Positions 60,720 to 64,000 of a stretch of DNA of 64,000 nucleotides are shown piece after piece. The position numbers were made by a program, and so were the translations under genes. This DNA comes from Neoechinorhynchus agilis (taxonomy: Eukaryota > Animalia > Acanthocephala), in contig CM121342.1 of assembly GCA_051530055.1 (NCBI GenBank), positions 14,957,480 to 15,021,479 on the forward strand, in the 5' to 3' direction. The stretch's first letter is position 1. The number at the start of each line of letters is the position of its first letter. The notes under the pieces were generated by a model that had not been told where the DNA came from, ran no database searches, and saw nothing but the letters and a program-made list of their open reading frames with translations.

Positions 60720-61070
60720 GGGGTAAGATATGTTTCTGTTAGATGATTGCGTCGGCTACATTTGTCTGCCTCTTTGTAGCGATAGATTTATTCCGTTTGC
60801 ACTTTTTGACTTCGACCGACTGTTCACTTCTAAGAAGTTCCTTTTCGCATTGAATAGCCTCCTTTAATATATCCTTAACTGTGTTCATTGCTTCATTTAA
60901 TAAAACCTTTAGAGTATCAGTAACTCGTTCAAAGCACTTCTTTAGGGCAACATCAATAAGATTAGAATACTTAGCCGAGTCCCGACCACTGTTCATTGAC
61001 TAGTTTGTTTGTAAGCGCAGAGTATACGACAGGAGCGAGTAGGCGACGACTCGAGAGAGTGAGCAAATTT
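60720..61070 (-). mobile_element. LINE ORF1-like 5' fragment (family of 21348-21600)
   Basis: LIDVALKKCFERVTD..EAM.TVKDIL.EAI.CEK shared with 21348-21536. Confidence 0.55.
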
Positions 61071-61830
61071 GAAGGTATGTAGCTGATCCTCAAACAATGC
61101 TTCCTAGTTTTATGATTTTGTACTTAAAATAAACGATTTTGTCAAATGCTAAACATCGTTATGAATGCATTTACTAAGTTTGATCTACGGAAAACAGCGT
61201 TCGTGATCTGTACTGTTATCATTGCCATTCTTCGAAAGAGAGATTTTGTTCGATGAAAAAAGAGGAAAACAATTTTTGTTGCATTGCAGTTACAGAGGTC
61301 ACGAAATGAAATATAATCGTAGGATGGTATCGAGATTCTAAGCATCAATTTTGCATGGCAGACCATGAAAATAAAAAGACGAACAACAAATGGATTTGTA
61401 TAAAAGCAGAAAAAATAACTGATAAGTTATAACGATGTCAGCAGACAAAGATTCCCCATATATTCTCACTGGCGGTTGTAACACACTCGAGTTTTGTTGA
61501 AGTCAACCTTGCGAATTTTCAAGACCTATTAAGGGCACAAGAGTAAGTTTCCTTCGGTGAAAATAAACAAGAGAAACAGGAATGTTATAAAAACGATTTT
61601 TTGTGTTGTTTAGAGCAAATAAACCTACCAAACACAAATCGTATTTCGGGCCTACTGACATGGTCCGGTAAATGGGATTTTTGTGTTGTTTAGAGCAAAT
61701 AAACCTACGAAACACAAATATTAATTGTTTATCGTTTTCTCAGCAATTATCATTGCTAAATCTCGATTTCCCGAAGTAAAGGCTCGATCAGAACGAAGTC
61801 ATCATCGACTTTCGAGCCAGTTCCCTCCAT

Positions 61831-62601
61831 TCAACAATTTGGAGGTAGCTCGATTTTCGATTCATAATAATCCATTACCATTCCAGGAATTTGTTTCTGA
61901 GCCAAAGGCGAACTCATTACCTCAATATCTCCTTCATTAGTTTTAACTGCATAATGAAAATCGTCATCCCTCTTGACTATACCTACGATTTCAGCGTACG
62001 TTTTCGTTCCAGGATTGGCTTTAGAAAATGCACCAGTAATCTCGCTTTTCAATTGTCGAAGCTTTTTGGGCGTTCTGACAGAGGAACTCGGCTTAGATTT
62101 TTTACAGCTCGACGCCTGCGTACTATGCTCAGAAATGGACACTTGCGTCATTTTTCTCTTAAGGCGGGATCGAGCCTTTCGCTTCACTTCGAACTCTTCA
62201 ATCAGTTTCTTGCAGTGACAGTTGCCGATCGGTTCCCATGTACTTTCCTGCTTAGAATATCCTTGCCACTTCAAAAGATAAAAAAGACGCCCAGACGAAA
62301 TACGTTTGTCGAGAACTTCCTCAACAACAAAGTGTTCGGAGAAGCCATTAGGATAGTTTTGATTGTCCTCTTCGGAGTTACAAAACACCTTCGAATCTAT
62401 TTCCTTCAATTGTTGCGCTGCTTTCCTTGCCCTTTCTTTAGTTCGAATACCTTGCTTTCGTACTTGCAATTTCGGTACCAGCTTCTTGACATTATCACGA
62501 TTTCCAACACTTTGACGGTGATATTTGGTATCTTCGACCTTCGAATCATCATCCGATGACGTGCAAGTGCTCATGAGGGCCTTTAATTGCTTGACAATCA
62601 T
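61831..62601 (-). CDS. HP1: HP1/CBX-like chromodomain + chromoshadow protein, intronless
   Basis: [48 protein letters not shown]; C-terminal [35 protein letters not shown]. Start at 62601 or 62574. Confidence 0.85.
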   Translation of the reverse strand: MIVKQLKALMSTCTSSDDDSKVEDTKYHRQSVGNRDNVKKLVPKLQVRKQGIRTKERARKAAQQLKEIDSKVFCNSEEDNQNYPNGFSEHFVVEEVLDKRISSGRLFYLLKWQGYSKQESTWEPIGNCHCKKLIEEFEVKRKARSRLKRKMTQVSISEHSTQASSCKKSKPSSSVRTPKKLRQLKSEITGAFSKANPGTKTYAEIVGIVKRDDDFHYAVKTNEGDIEVMSSPLAQKQIPGMVMDYYESKIELPPNC

Positions 62602-63699
62602 CTTTAAAATAAAAAGAATGTGTTTGAAGGAAAATCCCATCTTAAGCAGCGTAAATAATAAAAACGAATTTTTATTATCCTACGTCATGTTCATAAAACA
62701 ATGTACAGAAATCTCCTAGCTAAAACAGCGAAAATAAAGATATTATAACATTTAAAAATACACGGAAACAATCAAAACGCCTTCTAATGTAGTGAAACCT
62801 TATGAACCGCACTTAAGTTGCCAGATTTCATTTCTCGGCAGAGATTTGTTTCTTGCTAAACATAGAGGACAGAACACAATCTTACACGAGAACAGCGCCA
62901 AGCACTTCCCGAACATAAAGAACAACCGGCGCGTTGTTTTTCATGAAAATATTGTTTACATCAGTTGCAGATTCTGGAAGAATGCTTACTTAATTTTAGC
63001 AACAAAATTTCTCAAGACGACACGGATAAAGTTAAAAACAAAAGTGATGTTTCGTTAGTGGTACCGCTAGGGAAATCGTGCAGTTCCTTCTTGGTCGATG
63101 CTTATTGAAATTAATAATCTGTGTTGATAAATTAAGACGGAATAACGAAGGCCTTATGGTCCCCTCAATATAGAGAATTGCTTTCATGGCTTCGTTTTTA
63201 AATTACCTTAGAATGACACAATGGGTCGCAATTCTTTTGAAATGAACTCGAGCGCTTTTTAGAGGAGTAGGTGAACAGAAGAAAATTAAGAAAATTGAAA
63301 GTACGGTACGTCACTTTAGACGACGTCGAAGCGCGCATAACGCTTCGATATTGTGTAAACAATGCAAATGATAATGTGCGTTGCCATCTGCAAAAACAAA
63401 TAACGATACAAATTGGGGATTAATTTTTTTTCACAATTTTGTGGTTTTATTAATAATGCAACAACTTCTTTGACTTTATTAACATTCACCGGTTACACAC
63501 ACAACAACAAAACGTTTCGACAATCACCACCGTCCACGAAGAAGAGGCATCGCTCTCCCATTAGCTTATTTTGTTTATCTTAAAGCAAAAAAATCGGATA
63601 GTGCCACCACTAATAGTAACGACAGATTGTTGAGCGAATGTAGCAACAGAGTAACATTTGCGCCTTCAATAAAATATTTGAATTTCCATTACTTTCGAA

Positions 63700-64000
63700 A
63701 TTTTACATAAGTTTTCCTTGTTCCTTTTGGCATACCCAATCCTTTGCTGTATGTGTCAATTCTCTTATCACGCAAAACCGCTCGACCATCTTTGGCACCG
63801 ACCCCTCGATTGCAATGGGCTCTTTGTTAAATCTAACAGAATCTGCGATGAAGGCCTCCTTTCCCCCGTAAAACAATACGAATCTCGAACCGCAACTCTC
63901 CATGGTTCTCGCATTTTCTAAAAACCCTTCAAATCCAGGTCACCAAAGCTTTCCGGTCAGGTAATCCTGCTAACCCATCCCTCCAGCATCCATATAACCC
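63700..64000 (+). mobile_element. Fragment of the 29-32 kb L2/CR1-like family, running off the window
   Basis: CGATGAAGGCCTCCTTTCC..AAAACAATACGAATCTCGAACCGC is the reverse complement of ~30985-31030. Confidence 0.75.

Noticed and set aside
61598-61720. ~42-nt direct repeat, two copies, downstream of HP1
   Set aside because: Simple local duplication with no further structure.
61891-62559. 222-aa + strand ORF overlapping HP1
   Set aside because: Antisense to a clear chromodomain gene; no recognisable motifs.

Overview
AT-rich, compact eukaryotic (animal-type, standard code) window; the organism cannot be identified from the sequence. Host genes: SFSWAP (-), an HSPBP1/Fes1-like armadillo protein (+), MORC2-like ATPase with zf-CW (-), PPIL4 (+), an unidentified two-exon gene (+), an HP1/CBX chromo-chromoshadow gene (-), and three dispersed intronless paralogs of a ~666-aa secreted LRR protein (-). 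The rest is mostly decayed mobile DNA: a Ty3/Gypsy remnant, several Penelope-like elements (one with a hammerhead motif), about seven CRE-clade RT/RLE copies, L2/CR1-like, I/Jockey-like and RTE LINE pieces, and MITE families. Main observation: besides ordinary GT-AG introns (44, 47 and 1105 nt in SFSWAP), conserved reading frames of SFSWAP, MORC2, PPIL4, HSPBP1 and the unknown gene are interrupted by 63-478 nt inserts lacking GT-AG ends. They are bounded by their own imperfect terminal inverted repeats, mostly start with AG, and in three cases are flanked by a TA duplication whose removal with the insert restores a collinear protein. This points to transposon-derived non-canonical (AG..TA, AG..AC) introns or another precise-excision system. 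Alignments were done by eye; homolog comparisons use remembered human sequences.
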